Of a DNA stretch of 64,000 nucleotides, positions 26,998-35,950 are shown in pieces. Position 1 is the stretch's first letter. Every line of letters starts with the position of its first letter. Both the position numbers and the translations under genes were made by a program. Origin of the DNA: Terriglobia bacterium (GTDB taxonomy: Bacteria; Acidobacteriota; Terriglobia; Terriglobales; Acidobacteriaceae); NCBI GenBank assembly GCA_963826275.1, contig CAWGWI010000006.1, forward strand, positions 68,770-132,769, in the 5' to 3' direction. A model generated the notes under the pieces. It did not search any database. It was not told the DNA's origin and saw only the letters and a program-made list of their open reading frames with translations.

Positions 26998-29877
26998 TTG
27001 CCTCCTCGTAAAAAATCCGTAACCACGAAAGAGGGTGCCCCATCTTCGCCGGTAGCTGGCGAAGGTGGAAAAAAGCAACCGGCAGCGAAACGGTCCCCTC
27101 ACCCTCGCATCTTCCTCATCGACTCGTTTTCGTTCATCTTTCGCGCCTACCATGCCATGGCGCGTCAGCGGCCGATGTCGACGAAGACGGGAGTCCCCAC
27201 CAGTGCCAGCTATGTCTTCATCAACATGTTGCGTAAGCTGCGGGAAGATTTTCATCCCGAGTACCTGGCTGCTATTTTCGATACTCCAGAGCGAACGTTT
27301 CGCGACGATCAGGCCGCAACCGTCACCTCGGTCCGCAAATTCGATTTGAAGACTCAAAGCTTCCAGGAGATCGAGTACAAAGGTTACAAGGCGAACCGCT
27401 CGGAGATGCCTGCCGATCTCGCGCAGCAGGTGCCCTATATCCGGCGTGCCCTCGAGGCCTACCGAATTCCCATCATCGAAATGCCGCGCTTCGAGGCCGA
27501 CGACGTTATCGGCACTCTCGCCCGCCAGGCTTCTGAGCAGTCGCATTCGGTGTATGTCGTCTCCAGCGATAAGGACATGTTGCAGCTGGTGAACGACAAG
27601 GTCTGCGTGTTGAATCCGCCCAAGGACAACCTGATTTGCGATCGCGCTAAGGTGGAAGAGATTCTCGGAGTACCGCCCGAGCGCGTTGTCGATGTCATGG
27701 CCCTCCGTGGCGATTCCATCGACAACATCCCCGGCGCGCCCGGCATCGGCGACAAGGGTTCGGTTGACCTGATCCAGCGCTTCGGCTCGCTCGACAATCT
27801 GCTCGAGCATGCGGCCGAGGTCGAAAAGAAGACGTACCGCGAATCGCTTCTGCAAAATAAAGACAACATCCTCTGGAGTCGCGACCTCGTCACCATCGAT
27901 ACGCATGTTCCCGTCGAACTGGATATCGAATCGATGCGCTCCGCCGAGCCCGACAACGAGGCCCTACGTGGGCTCTTCACGGAACTCGAGTTCACGTCAT
28001 TAATCAAAGAGCTGGTGACCGGCGTCGACCTCAGCAAAGTCGATTATCGCGAGGCAAAGTCAGCTGCCGATTTCGACAGCATCCTCGCCGGAATGTCGGC
28101 AGACGCTCCGCTGGCAATTGCGCTGGATGCGACCACTCAGGCCGCGCCCGAAACAGACGAAGAAGAATTGGTTATCGCCGAACAAGCGCCGGTAGCCGAA
28201 GAGTCCGTCTCCGGCACACTGAACTTCGAAGCCGGAGATGGGAACACTGCGGGTGCCCCACCCTCGCCTTCTGTTGGCGTGGGTGGGAACGGTACGCCGC
28301 TTCGCCTTGCTCTCTCAGCAACACAGGGCCATGCCCTCAGCGCCGAGCTCAACTCCGGCGAGATCACCTCTCGACTGAAGCAGCTTCTCGCTGATCCGAA
28401 GGTTCCCAAGTCCATCCACGACCTCAAGTCCGCGATGCATGTCTTCGTCGAACGTAATCTCGAGCTCGACGGCGTCCATCACGATCCGATGCTGTATTCA
28501 TATCTGCTCGATCCGACCTACTCGAGCCACCGTCTGCCCGAAGTCGCGTTGCGCCGCTTCAACCTCAAGCTCTCCGGAACGCTGCCCGAAGCCGCCGACG
28601 TCACCGGGCGCCTCACAGCCGCCCTGCGCAAAGAGGTCGAAGAGTCCAAGCTGAATAAGGTCTACGACGAAATTGATCTTCCGCTTGTCCCCGTCCTCTT
28701 TCGCATGGAACACGCCGGCGTGAAGATCGATTGCGATGTGCTGGCCGAAATGTCGCAGCGCTTGCAGCGCCAGGTCGACGAGAAGGCGCGTGAGATCTAC
28801 GCGAAATCCGGTGTGGAGTTCAACATCAATTCGCCGCGCCAGCTCGGTGATGTGCTTTTCAATCAGCTCAATCTTCCCAAGCCCGTGAAGTACGGTAAGG
28901 GGAAAACCATCTCCACCGCCGTCGACGTTCTCGAAGGCCTTGCCGCCGAGCACGAAGTGCCGCGCCTGGTGCTCGAGTATCGCCAGCTTTCCAAGCTCAA
29001 GTCTACGTATGTCGACGCACTTCCCGCGCTCTGTCGCCAGGATACAGGCCGCGTCCACACGACGTTCGACGCAACCAATGCCGCTACCGGACGGCTTTCG
29101 TCGCGAAATCCGAATCTCCAGAACATTCCGATTCGCTCCGAACTTGGCCGCGAGATCCGCGCTGCGTTCGTCGCCGAAAAAGGACACGTTCTGCTCGCCG
29201 CCGACTACTCGCAGATCGAGTTGCGACTGCTCGCGCACTTCTCCGAAGACAAACTGCTGGTCGAAGCCTTCCGTCGCGGCGACGACATTCACACCCTCAC
29301 GGCCTCGCAGGTCTTCGGTGTTCCGCCGCTGATGATCAATGCCGAGCACCGCCGCCGCGCCAAGGCCGTGAATTTCGGGATCGTGTACGGGCTCTCCGCC
29401 TTCGGGCTCTCGCAGCAAATTGGTATCGAGCCGCGCGAGGCCAAGCAATTCATCGACGCCTATTTCGAGAAGTACAACGGCGTTCGCCGCTTCATCGATA
29501 GCACGCTGGAGCAGGCTCGCCGCGATGGGCGCGTGTTCACGCTCTTTGGACGTGTGCGCCCCATTCCCGACATCAATGGCAAGAACGCGAATCTTCGCGG
29601 ATTCGCCGAACGTACCGCCGTCAACACGCCACTTCAGGGCACCGCTGCTGATCTGATCAAGCTCGCTATGATCCGCATCGATCACGACCTTCGCGAACGC
29701 GGCCTGAAATCGCGTATGACCCTCCAGGTGCACGACGAACTGGTCTTCGAAGTCCCGGAAGATGAGGTCGACACCATGTGTCAGCTGGTGAAACACGAGA
29801 TGGAAAATGTTCATCGGCTGCGGGTTCCGCTACTGGTTGAACTCGGCGTGGGCAAAAACTGGCGGGATATGGAATAA
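26998..29877 (+). CDS. polA: DNA polymerase I
   Basis: 959 aa with a 5-prime nuclease N-terminus and pol motifs DYSQIELR, RRRAKAVNFGIVYG and QVHDELVFE. The TTG start from the ORF track is not verified. Confidence 0.93.
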   Translation: MPPRKKSVTTKEGAPSSPVAGEGGKKQPAAKRSPHPRIFLIDSFSFIFRAYHAMARQRPMSTKTGVPTSASYVFINMLRKLREDFHPEYLAAIFDTPERTFRDDQAATVTSVRKFDLKTQSFQEIEYKGYKANRSEMPADLAQQVPYIRRALEAYRIPIIEMPRFEADDVIGTLARQASEQSHSVYVVSSDKDMLQLVNDKVCVLNPPKDNLICDRAKVEEILGVPPERVVDVMALRGDSIDNIPGAPGIGDKGSVDLIQRFGSLDNLLEHAAEVEKKTYRESLLQNKDNILWSRDLVTIDTHVPVELDIESMRSAEPDNEALRGLFTELEFTSLIKELVTGVDLSKVDYREAKSAADFDSILAGMSADAPLAIALDATTQAAPETDEEELVIAEQAPVAEESVSGTLNFEAGDGNTAGAPPSPSVGVGGNGTPLRLALSATQGHALSAELNSGEITSRLKQLLADPKVPKSIHDLKSAMHVFVERNLELDGVHHDPMLYSYLLDPTYSSHRLPEVALRRFNLKLSGTLPEAADVTGRLTAALRKEVEESKLNKVYDEIDLPLVPVLFRMEHAGVKIDCDVLAEMSQRLQRQVDEKAREIYAKSGVEFNINSPRQLGDVLFNQLNLPKPVKYGKGKTISTAVDVLEGLAAEHEVPRLVLEYRQLSKLKSTYVDALPALCRQDTGRVHTTFDATNAATGRLSSRNPNLQNIPIRSELGREIRAAFVAEKGHVLLAADYSQIELRLLAHFSEDKLLVEAFRRGDDIHTLTASQVFGVPPLMINAEHRRRAKAVNFGIVYGLSAFGLSQQIGIEPREAKQFIDAYFEKYNGVRRFIDSTLEQARRDGRVFTLFGRVRPIPDINGKNANLRGFAERTAVNTPLQGTAADLIKLAMIRIDHDLRERGLKSRMTLQVHDELVFEVPEDEVDTMCQLVKHEMENVHRLRVPLLVELGVGKNWRDME

Positions 29878-29934
29878 TTCCGCGGCGCGCATCAATCAGT
29901 GTGATCCGTGCGATCCGTGGCAGGTTTTTAGTTC

Positions 29935-30918
29935 ATGCCCCAACTTACCTACCTCGAAGCCATCCGCCAGGGAATCTGGGAAGAAATGGAACGCGATCCC
30001 ACTGTCTTCTGCATCGGCGAGGACATCGGGATCTATGGTGGCGCCTTCAAAGTTACAGAAGGTTTCGTCGATCACTTCGGCCCCGAACGCGTTATCGACA
30101 CGCCTATCGCCGAAATGGCGATTGTCGGCGCTTCTTTCGGAGCCGCGCTTACCGGAATGCGTCCGGTAGCCGAATTTCAGTTCATGGACTTCATCGGCTG
30201 CGCCTTCAACCAGATCACCAACATGCTCGCCAAGTCGCACTATCGATGGGGTGCGCCCGCCCCGGTGGTGCTTCGTGGGCCCAGCGGCGGCAACGTTCAT
30301 GGTGGACCTTTTCATTCGCAGAATCCGGAGACGTATTTCATCAACACACCCGGCCTGAAGGTCATCTGCCCCGCCTCTGCTTACGATGCTAAGGGTCTGA
30401 TCAAGTCGGCCATTCGCGACAACAATCCCTGCATCTTCTTTGAGCACAAATATCTATACCGCCGTATCAAAGAGGATGTGCCCGACGGCGACTACACCGT
30501 CCCGATCGGCGAAGCCCGAGTCGTCCGCGAAGCGACCGGGAAGAAGACGATCGGCGTGATCACCTACGCGGCCATGGTTTACGTTGCGCTCGAAGCGGCC
30601 GAAGAGCTTGCGAAGGAGGGCATCGAACTCGAGATCCTCGACCTGCGTACCCTGCTCCCGCTCGATCGCCGCGCGATCGCCGACATCGTCCGTCATACGA
30701 ACAAAGTCATCGTCCTGCATGAGCACCCCCGGACTGGCGGTATCGCCGGTGAAATTGAAGCGATCATCAACGAGGAGGCCTTTGACGATCTGGACGGCCC
30801 CATCGTTCGCATCGCCGCGCAGGATACGCCCGTGCCATTCTCACCGCCTTTGGAAGAATACTTTTTGCCAAAGGTCGCAGACGTCGTGCGCGAGGCCCGC
30901 CGCCTCGCTGCCTATTGA
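29935..30918 (+). CDS. 2-oxoacid (pyruvate / branched-chain) dehydrogenase E1 component beta subunit
   Basis: 327 aa with a typical transketolase-like pyrimidine-binding and C-terminal domain sequence (EDIGIYGGAFKVTEGF...TPIAEMAIVG). Confidence 0.88.
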   Translation: MPQLTYLEAIRQGIWEEMERDPTVFCIGEDIGIYGGAFKVTEGFVDHFGPERVIDTPIAEMAIVGASFGAALTGMRPVAEFQFMDFIGCAFNQITNMLAKSHYRWGAPAPVVLRGPSGGNVHGGPFHSQNPETYFINTPGLKVICPASAYDAKGLIKSAIRDNNPCIFFEHKYLYRRIKEDVPDGDYTVPIGEARVVREATGKKTIGVITYAAMVYVALEAAEELAKEGIELEILDLRTLLPLDRRAIADIVRHTNKVIVLHEHPRTGGIAGEIEAIINEEAFDDLDGPIVRIAAQDTPVPFSPPLEEYFLPKVADVVREARRLAAY

Positions 30919-31046
30919 GGACCTCACTCGCGCGCCCCGGAACCGACAATTTCATGACAATTTGTTCACCGTTCCTATTGCGCGTCCGGTCATCTCTCGT
31001 GCGACAATCGTGCACTTGTGTTTGTGGGGATTTCTCGGAGGGCTGA

Positions 31047-31643
31047 ATGCGCGGATTCGTGCTCGGCGTGATCGTCACCTTGATTGCCATCTTCGGCGGG
31101 TCTTACCTGTATATGAAACTTGGGCTTTTCGACGTCAGTGCCATTCCCGATCCAGGGAAAATGGAGCGCCACATGGCATTCATGTCGCTGGATGCGTCCG
31201 TCGAACGGCGTGCGCCCAAAGGCCCGAATCCGGTTCCCCTCACCGACGATGTTCTGATCGACGCCGCCAAAGAGTACGAAGAACATTGCTCTATGTGCCA
31301 TGGCAGCCAGAATGGCAAAGCCATGAACTTCGGCAAAAAACTTTCGCCTCGCGCTCCCAACCTGATCCGACATCCCATGGATGATCCCGATGGCGAGATC
31401 TACTGGGTCATTCAGAATGGTATTCGCATGAGTGGCATGCCGGCATGGTCTGGTCACTTTTCGGAGAATACGACCTGGGGACTGGTGCATCTGCTCAAGA
31501 ATGTCGACAAACTCTCGCCCGCCGTCACGACTGCATGGCAACAAGCGGCGGAGGAGCACGAGCACGTAATGCCGCCGACCAGCCAGTCCGCTCAGCCGAC
31601 TCAGCCCGGCGAACATAAAGAAGAGCACGAGCACAAGCATTAG
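31047..31643 (+). CDS. Membrane-anchored mono-haem c-type cytochrome with a His/Glu-rich C-terminal tail
   Basis: 198 aa with a GGAGGG RBS. It has an N-terminal TM helix, the haem motif CSMCH, a distal Met candidate in IRMSGMPAW, and the tail EEHEHVMPP...GEHKEEHEHKH. Confidence 0.75.
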   Translation: MRGFVLGVIVTLIAIFGGSYLYMKLGLFDVSAIPDPGKMERHMAFMSLDASVERRAPKGPNPVPLTDDVLIDAAKEYEEHCSMCHGSQNGKAMNFGKKLSPRAPNLIRHPMDDPDGEIYWVIQNGIRMSGMPAWSGHFSENTTWGLVHLLKNVDKLSPAVTTAWQQAAEEHEHVMPPTSQSAQPTQPGEHKEEHEHKH

Positions 31644-31653
31644 TCCCTGAGTA

Positions 31654-31752
31654 CTTAGCAGCGAGTTAGCATTTAGCCGCATAAGATTCTGTTCTCAGCC
31701 CCGCCAATGAACCTGTTTGGGCTAAGCGCTAATGGCTAACTGCTAAAGGCTG
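31654..31752. repeat. Heptad-repeat palindromic element, copy 1 (TTAGC-type array ... GCTAA-type array)
   Basis: The left arm is CTTAGCAGCGAGTTAGCATTTAGCCGC (31654-31680). The right arm is GCTAAGC GCTAATG GCTAACT GCTAAAG GCTG (31721-31752). The arms are inverted relative to each other. Confidence 0.8.
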
Positions 31753-31842
31753 CTTGCCCCGGCTAGCCGGGCCGCGCAACACCATCAACCCGCTATAATG
31801 TAGTGTTTGCCCGGGGTTGGGGAATTTCCCGTACGAGGACAC

Positions 31843-33480
31843 ATGCCCACTGACATCGTCATGCCCCAAATGGGGGAGTCCGTTGTGGAAGGCACCATCA
31901 CCAAGTGGCTGAAGAAGCCTGGCGACAGTGTCCAGCGCGACGAGCCGCTGTTCGAGATCTCGACCGACAAGGTTGATGCCGAAATCCCGTCGCCCGCCAG
32001 CGGTGTGCTGAAAGAAGTGAAAGTGAAGGAAGGGGCCACCGTCCAGGTCAATACCGTCGTTGGCGTGATCGATGCTGATGGCGCTGGCGCCGCTGCGAGT
32101 TCCCCGGCGGGTGCCCCATCCAAGCCTTCTTCTGGCTTGGGTGGGTCTGCTGCCTCTCCTCCGCCAATGGCTGCGCCTACGACCGCCGCTGCCGCTCCTG
32201 CGCCAGCCGCTTCCGGTCCGGCCACCGAAGTCACCATGCCGCAGATGGGCGAGTCAATCGTCGAAGGAACGATCACCAAATGGCTGAAACAGGTTGGGGA
32301 TCAGATCCGTCGCGACGAGCCACTCTTCGAAATTTCCACCGACAAAGTTGACGCTGAAATTCCCGCGCCTGCTGCCGGTGTGCTCAGCGAGATTCGCGTG
32401 GCCGCCGGACAGACGGTCGGCGTGAACACCGTAGTTGCCGTGATCGGCGGAACTGGTGCTCCCACCGCTGCTGCTGTTCCGGCGCCTACGCCTGCTCCGG
32501 CTCCGGTCGCTGTTGCTGCTGTCCCTGTCGCCGAAGAAGAGGAAGAGATGCTGGTAGAAGGCAAGCGCATTCGCTCTTCGCCGCTCGTGCGCAAGATCGC
32601 CAAAGAGAACAACGTCAATCTCGCGCAGGTGAAGGGAACCGGCCTCGGCGGTCGCATCACCAAGGAAGATATCCTGAGTTTCGTTCAGTCCGGCGGTGCA
32701 AAAGCACCTGCGCCTCCTGTCGCTGCTGCTGCTCCGGCAAAACCGACTGCTGCGCCCGCGGCGCCTTCGCCATTGGTCGGCCAGGTTGTGCCCATGACTC
32801 CCATGCGTAAGATCATCGCCCAGCGCATGGTCGAATCGAAACATACCAGCGCTCACGTGCACAGCGTCTATGAAATCGACATGACGCACGTGATGAGCCT
32901 GCGAGCCAAGCTGAAAAACAAGTTCGAACAGACCACCGGCAGCAAGCTCACCCCGACGACGTTCTTCGCGCGCGCTGCAGTGAAAGCTCTGCGCGAGTTC
33001 CCAATCGTTAATGCGTCGGTCGAAGGCGACAACATCAACTACCATCGCGAGATCAACATCGGAATCGCGGTCGCGCTCGATTGGGGATTGATCGTACCCG
33101 TGATCAAACATGCGGAAGAGAAAAGCTTCCTGGGATTGCAGCGTGCTATCAGCGATCTTGGCGATCGCGCCCGCGCCAAGAAACTTCTTCCCGACGACGT
33201 ACAGGGTGGAACATTCACCATCACTAACCCGGGCCAGTTCGGCCAGATGTTTGGGTTGCCCATCATCCTGCAGCCGCAGGTTGCGATCATGGGGATTGGG
33301 TCTATCAAGAAAATGCCCGTTGTGGTGACTGACGCCAGCGGCGGCGATTCCATCGCAATTCGCTCGATCTGCCACATTTCGCTTGGCTACGATCATCGAG
33401 TGATCGACGGTGCAGTCGCCGACCAGTTCCTGCGTGCCGTAGCGCAATATCTGGAAGGGTGGAACGAAGAATTGATGTAA
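31843..33480 (+). CDS. 2-oxoacid dehydrogenase E2 (dihydrolipoyl acyltransferase) with two lipoyl domains
   Basis: ATG at 31843 after GAGGAC. It has two MPQMGES(V/I)VEGTITKWLK lipoyl domains, Ala/Pro linkers, an E3-binding segment and the catalytic motif DHRVIDGA. Confidence 0.88.
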   Translation: MPTDIVMPQMGESVVEGTITKWLKKPGDSVQRDEPLFEISTDKVDAEIPSPASGVLKEVKVKEGATVQVNTVVGVIDADGAGAAASSPAGAPSKPSSGLGGSAASPPPMAAPTTAAAAPAPAASGPATEVTMPQMGESIVEGTITKWLKQVGDQIRRDEPLFEISTDKVDAEIPAPAAGVLSEIRVAAGQTVGVNTVVAVIGGTGAPTAAAVPAPTPAPAPVAVAAVPVAEEEEEMLVEGKRIRSSPLVRKIAKENNVNLAQVKGTGLGGRITKEDILSFVQSGGAKAPAPPVAAAAPAKPTAAPAAPSPLVGQVVPMTPMRKIIAQRMVESKHTSAHVHSVYEIDMTHVMSLRAKLKNKFEQTTGSKLTPTTFFARAAVKALREFPIVNASVEGDNINYHREINIGIAVALDWGLIVPVIKHAEEKSFLGLQRAISDLGDRARAKKLLPDDVQGGTFTITNPGQFGQMFGLPIILQPQVAIMGIGSIKKMPVVVTDASGGDSIAIRSICHISLGYDHRVIDGAVADQFLRAVAQYLEGWNEELM

Positions 33481-33482
33481 GC

Positions 33483-33552
33483 AGCTCTTAGCATTCAGCC
33501 AAAGGCTTTCGCGGCTAACTGCTAAGAGCTAAGTGCTCATGGCCAAGAGCTA
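33483..33552. repeat. Heptad-repeat palindromic element, copy 2 (18-bp imperfect hairpin plus GCTAANN run)
   Basis: AGCTCTTAGCATTCAGCC (33483-33500) pairs with GGCTAACTGCTAAGAGCT (33513-33530) with 2 mismatches and a 12-nt loop. It is followed by GCTAAGT GCTCATG GCCAAGA GCTAG. Confidence 0.8.
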
Positions 33553-33735
33553 GTTCTGCTTCGCCCATGAACTGGCGTTCAGGCAATCGACCACTCCGTC
33601 GATGACCTTGCTCAAGCCCCCTTGGAACTTGTCGGGATCGACAATGTCTTTGGAAGCGATGGCATCAGTAATCGAAAGTGCCGAGCCTACGAATGATAGT
33701 GCAGCCTGTTTTTTATCGGCTCCCGACTTATTCAA
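33550..33735 (-). CDS. Hypothetical 61-aa protein at the distal end of the terminase operon
   Basis: TTG start that overlaps the end of the kinase fragment by 8 nt. The protein is soluble and helical-looking (KKQAALSFVGSALSITDAIASKDIVDPDKFQGGLSKVIDGVVDCLNAS). It reminds me of small phage-associated proteins, but no family is assigned. Confidence 0.3.
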   Translation of the reverse strand: MNKSGADKKQAALSFVGSALSITDAIASKDIVDPDKFQGGLSKVIDGVVDCLNASSWAKQN

Positions 33736-34240
33736 AATCCCGATTCCTTTTCCAGAACGCCGCCTGACGCCCGTTCGCGTTGCACGTCCACTTATCCAGC
33801 GCGAGCACGCCCGCGAAATCCTTTATGTTGCGAATTCTCGTCAGATACGTTTCCGGCAAATAATCAAAGATGCGCCCTTCCAGCGGATCGATCACATACT
33901 GCGATCCAAACTGCAGTCCCGGCTGGCATGGAATAATCTGTCCGGCCATTTCGATCCGCAGCCCCGGCGAATATTCCACCAGCCACTCGCTGACCTCAAC
34001 AATGTCCACCGGCGGGACCGGCAAACCGATCTGCTCCGCCAACTTGGTCGCGAAGTAATCGTTCGCCAGCACCCGCAGATGCTGCGGATTGTTCTGAAAC
34101 TTCACTACATAAAGATGATGGTCCGAGGCGCGCATCAAATGCGCCTGCGCGCCACCGCGCATCTTGCGTACGTGTTGGACTGCTTTCACTGGCAAACGAT
34201 ATGGCCCGAAGACCCCGTCTATTGCGAGGAATCGGGCCAT
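33728..34240 (-). CDS. HipA-like (HipA_2-type) kinase, N-terminal fragment only
   Basis: ATG at 34240. The segment RKMRGGAQAHLMRASDHHLYVVKFQNNPQHLRVLANDYFATKLAEQIGLPVP...LDKWTCNANGRQAAF matches my recollection of HipA-like kinases. The ORF stops just after the DxWxxNxxxR-like loop, before the expected metal-binding IDxG-type segment. Confidence 0.45.
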   Translation of the reverse strand: MARFLAIDGVFGPYRLPVKAVQHVRKMRGGAQAHLMRASDHHLYVVKFQNNPQHLRVLANDYFATKLAEQIGLPVPPVDIVEVSEWLVEYSPGLRIEMAGQIIPCQPGLQFGSQYVIDPLEGRIFDYLPETYLTRIRNIKDFAGVLALDKWTCNANGRQAAFWKRNRDFE

Positions 34241-34271
34241 TGTCGTCCGTCCATGCACATTCGCTCTGTGT

Positions 34272-34299
34272 GGAGGGTCACTGGTTCGAGTGACCCTCC
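34272..34299 (-). other. Perfect 10-bp hairpin (GGAGGGTCAC-8 nt-GTGACCCTCC) between the terminase stop and the kinase start
   Basis: Arms at 34272-34281 and 34290-34299. No U-tract follows on the coding (minus) strand. Confidence 0.6.
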
Positions 34300-34306
34300 G
34301 CACCCT

Positions 34307-35914
34307 TCATACCACGTAACCCGCGAAGGCCTCTCCCTTCGTCGGTACCACCGGCCTGGCTTCCTCACGTGCTGCGAGCGCGACGGCCATCGCCATTACG
34401 CAGTCGTCGTGCGCTCCGGCAGCGGCTCGCGAAGAGCCATCCGCATGGCGCACAAAGCTACGGCACTCGCGCAGCAGGCGCGGACTATACAGCGAGTCCG
34501 CATCGCTTGCGACCAGGATCGCCAGGCGCTCGATCATCCCCGGACGGCTAGCGATGCTCGTCAGCCAGCCCAGCTGATTGCCCTGGCTGAACAGGTTCGG
34601 ATACTTCGCCGCCGTCAGATGCGCCAGAACCGCGTGCCCATGGTTGTTGCGTTCCACGGCAATCAAAGCGTCGCCATACTCGCGCCCAAGGGCAGCCACT
34701 CTCGCAGCCAGTTCAGCCGGAGTGAAGTGCCCATGCAGTTCCGCGCACTGTCGTCCATCCTTTCGGTCGATCACTTGTGCGCAAGCAAAATCACCGGTGC
34801 TCCCGCCTCCAGCGGGATCCACTCCGATCACATACTCATGCCCTTGGGCGGGCGGCCACCAGCCCAGTAGCCGCCCACCGTCGCGCGACTCGAATGCGCC
34901 ACCATCATTGTTCGAGTCGCAGCCCCGCAACTTTTCTTGAATCTTGTCGACGTCAAATACGCAATCGCCGCTCGACAAGAAGCAACTCTCCGGATCCTCC
35001 GCAAATTCCTGAGCGGCGAGTCCGCGATAGTTCGCCCGTATCTCGCGACGATATGCAATCTGCCCTTCGTCCAGTCCGCAGCGCTCGATGAGCTCGCGCT
35101 CTTCATCCGTCAGATCCGCGATGCCGACTTCGCGCCGGTACCCGCTCTCTAGCCACCATTGCAGGAAGTGGCGCTCATATCCGGTTTCCTCCGCACGCTG
35201 CCACGCGTCGTAGAAGATTCCTCCGGCGCCATTCGGAGTGCTCTCCAGCGCAATCTCGCCGCCAGGCCGAACCGCGGCCCGCAGCGAAACCAGCGCTTCC
35301 AATCCAGCATGCCCCCAGCGTCCGATCTCGGAGCAGTGCAGGTGCGTTATCGTCAGCCCGCGTCCGGCATTCGAGTCCGCGGCGCTTTCCACTCTGTACT
35401 GGCTATCGAGCAGCGGAAATACCAGCTGTCCGACGTTGCAGCGCGACGTGACCAGTGCTCCCTCGCGAAGATACACAGGCAGGTTCTCCTGGAATCTATG
35501 CACCATGCGGAAGATGTCTTCCGCCGAGCGCTGGTCATGCGCCACCTGGACAACCACCGATCCCGGATGCGTGATCGATGCGATAAAATATCGCGCAGCG
35601 ACATACGTCGTGATTCCCAGCTGCCGCGCCTTCAGAATGATGTTGCGCTTTTTCCATCGCCGGGAAATCTGCCGTTGCGATTCGTTCAGCTTCAGCGGAA
35701 CCAGCAAGCCGGCTTTGTTGCGTATCCGCAGCAGCCTGCCGATCAGCCAGTCGCATACCGTCGCACCGCCCAGTTCAGGCGGACACATCTCTAGCATCCG
35801 CCCCAGTTCTTTCAGGCAAGCCAGATCGTCTTCAAGTTGTTTCGGAGTTGAATGCCCGGGATCTTTTCCGGACGAGGAACGCGATATTACTTTTGCCGGG
35901 CGGTTACCCGCCAA
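34307..35914 (-). CDS. Phage terminase large subunit (ATPase + RNase-H-like nuclease)
   Basis: 535 aa. It has a deviant P-loop KARQLGITT, a Walker-B-like ITHLHCSE, a coupling motif ESTPNG and nuclease acidic motifs GVDPAGGGSTGDFA, AVERNNHG and AHDDCVMAMA. The start is TTG per the ORF track. Confidence 0.85.
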   Translation of the reverse strand: MAGNRPAKVISRSSSGKDPGHSTPKQLEDDLACLKELGRMLEMCPPELGGATVCDWLIGRLLRIRNKAGLLVPLKLNESQRQISRRWKKRNIILKARQLGITTYVAARYFIASITHPGSVVVQVAHDQRSAEDIFRMVHRFQENLPVYLREGALVTSRCNVGQLVFPLLDSQYRVESAADSNAGRGLTITHLHCSEIGRWGHAGLEALVSLRAAVRPGGEIALESTPNGAGGIFYDAWQRAEETGYERHFLQWWLESGYRREVGIADLTDEERELIERCGLDEGQIAYRREIRANYRGLAAQEFAEDPESCFLSSGDCVFDVDKIQEKLRGCDSNNDGGAFESRDGGRLLGWWPPAQGHEYVIGVDPAGGGSTGDFACAQVIDRKDGRQCAELHGHFTPAELAARVAALGREYGDALIAVERNNHGHAVLAHLTAAKYPNLFSQGNQLGWLTSIASRPGMIERLAILVASDADSLYSPRLLRECRSFVRHADGSSRAAAGAHDDCVMAMAVALAAREEARPVVPTKGEAFAGYVV

Positions 35915-35950
35915 GGAGCCCTCATCATAGCTTTACTCATAATCTCTCGA

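Noticed and set aside
28498-29814. 438-aa minus-strand ORF inside polA. Similar long antisense ORFs lie at 26968-27906, 24050-24943, 18682-19614, 32254-33447, 41267-42169, 53302-54186 and 63096-63845.
   Set aside because: All lie opposite strongly supported genes. They have low-complexity R/G/A/D-rich translations and no recognisable domains, so they are shadow ORFs typical of high-GC genomes.
29901-29920. Short direct repeat GATCCGTG x2 upstream of E1-beta as a regulatory site
   Set aside because: There are only two 8-bp units, which is compatible with chance, and no supporting context was found.
34272-34299. Hairpin loop GGTTCGAG as a duplicated tRNA T-arm (att site remnant)
   Set aside because: The flanking stem does not fit a 5-bp T-stem/7-nt T-loop geometry, and no acceptor-stem sequence follows.
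33602-34870. 422-aa plus-strand ORF overlapping the terminase and kinase genes
   Set aside because: It is antisense to a clearly recognisable TerL. Its composition is dominated by Arg/Pro/His/Ser, as expected for a shadow frame in high-GC DNA, and it has no motifs.
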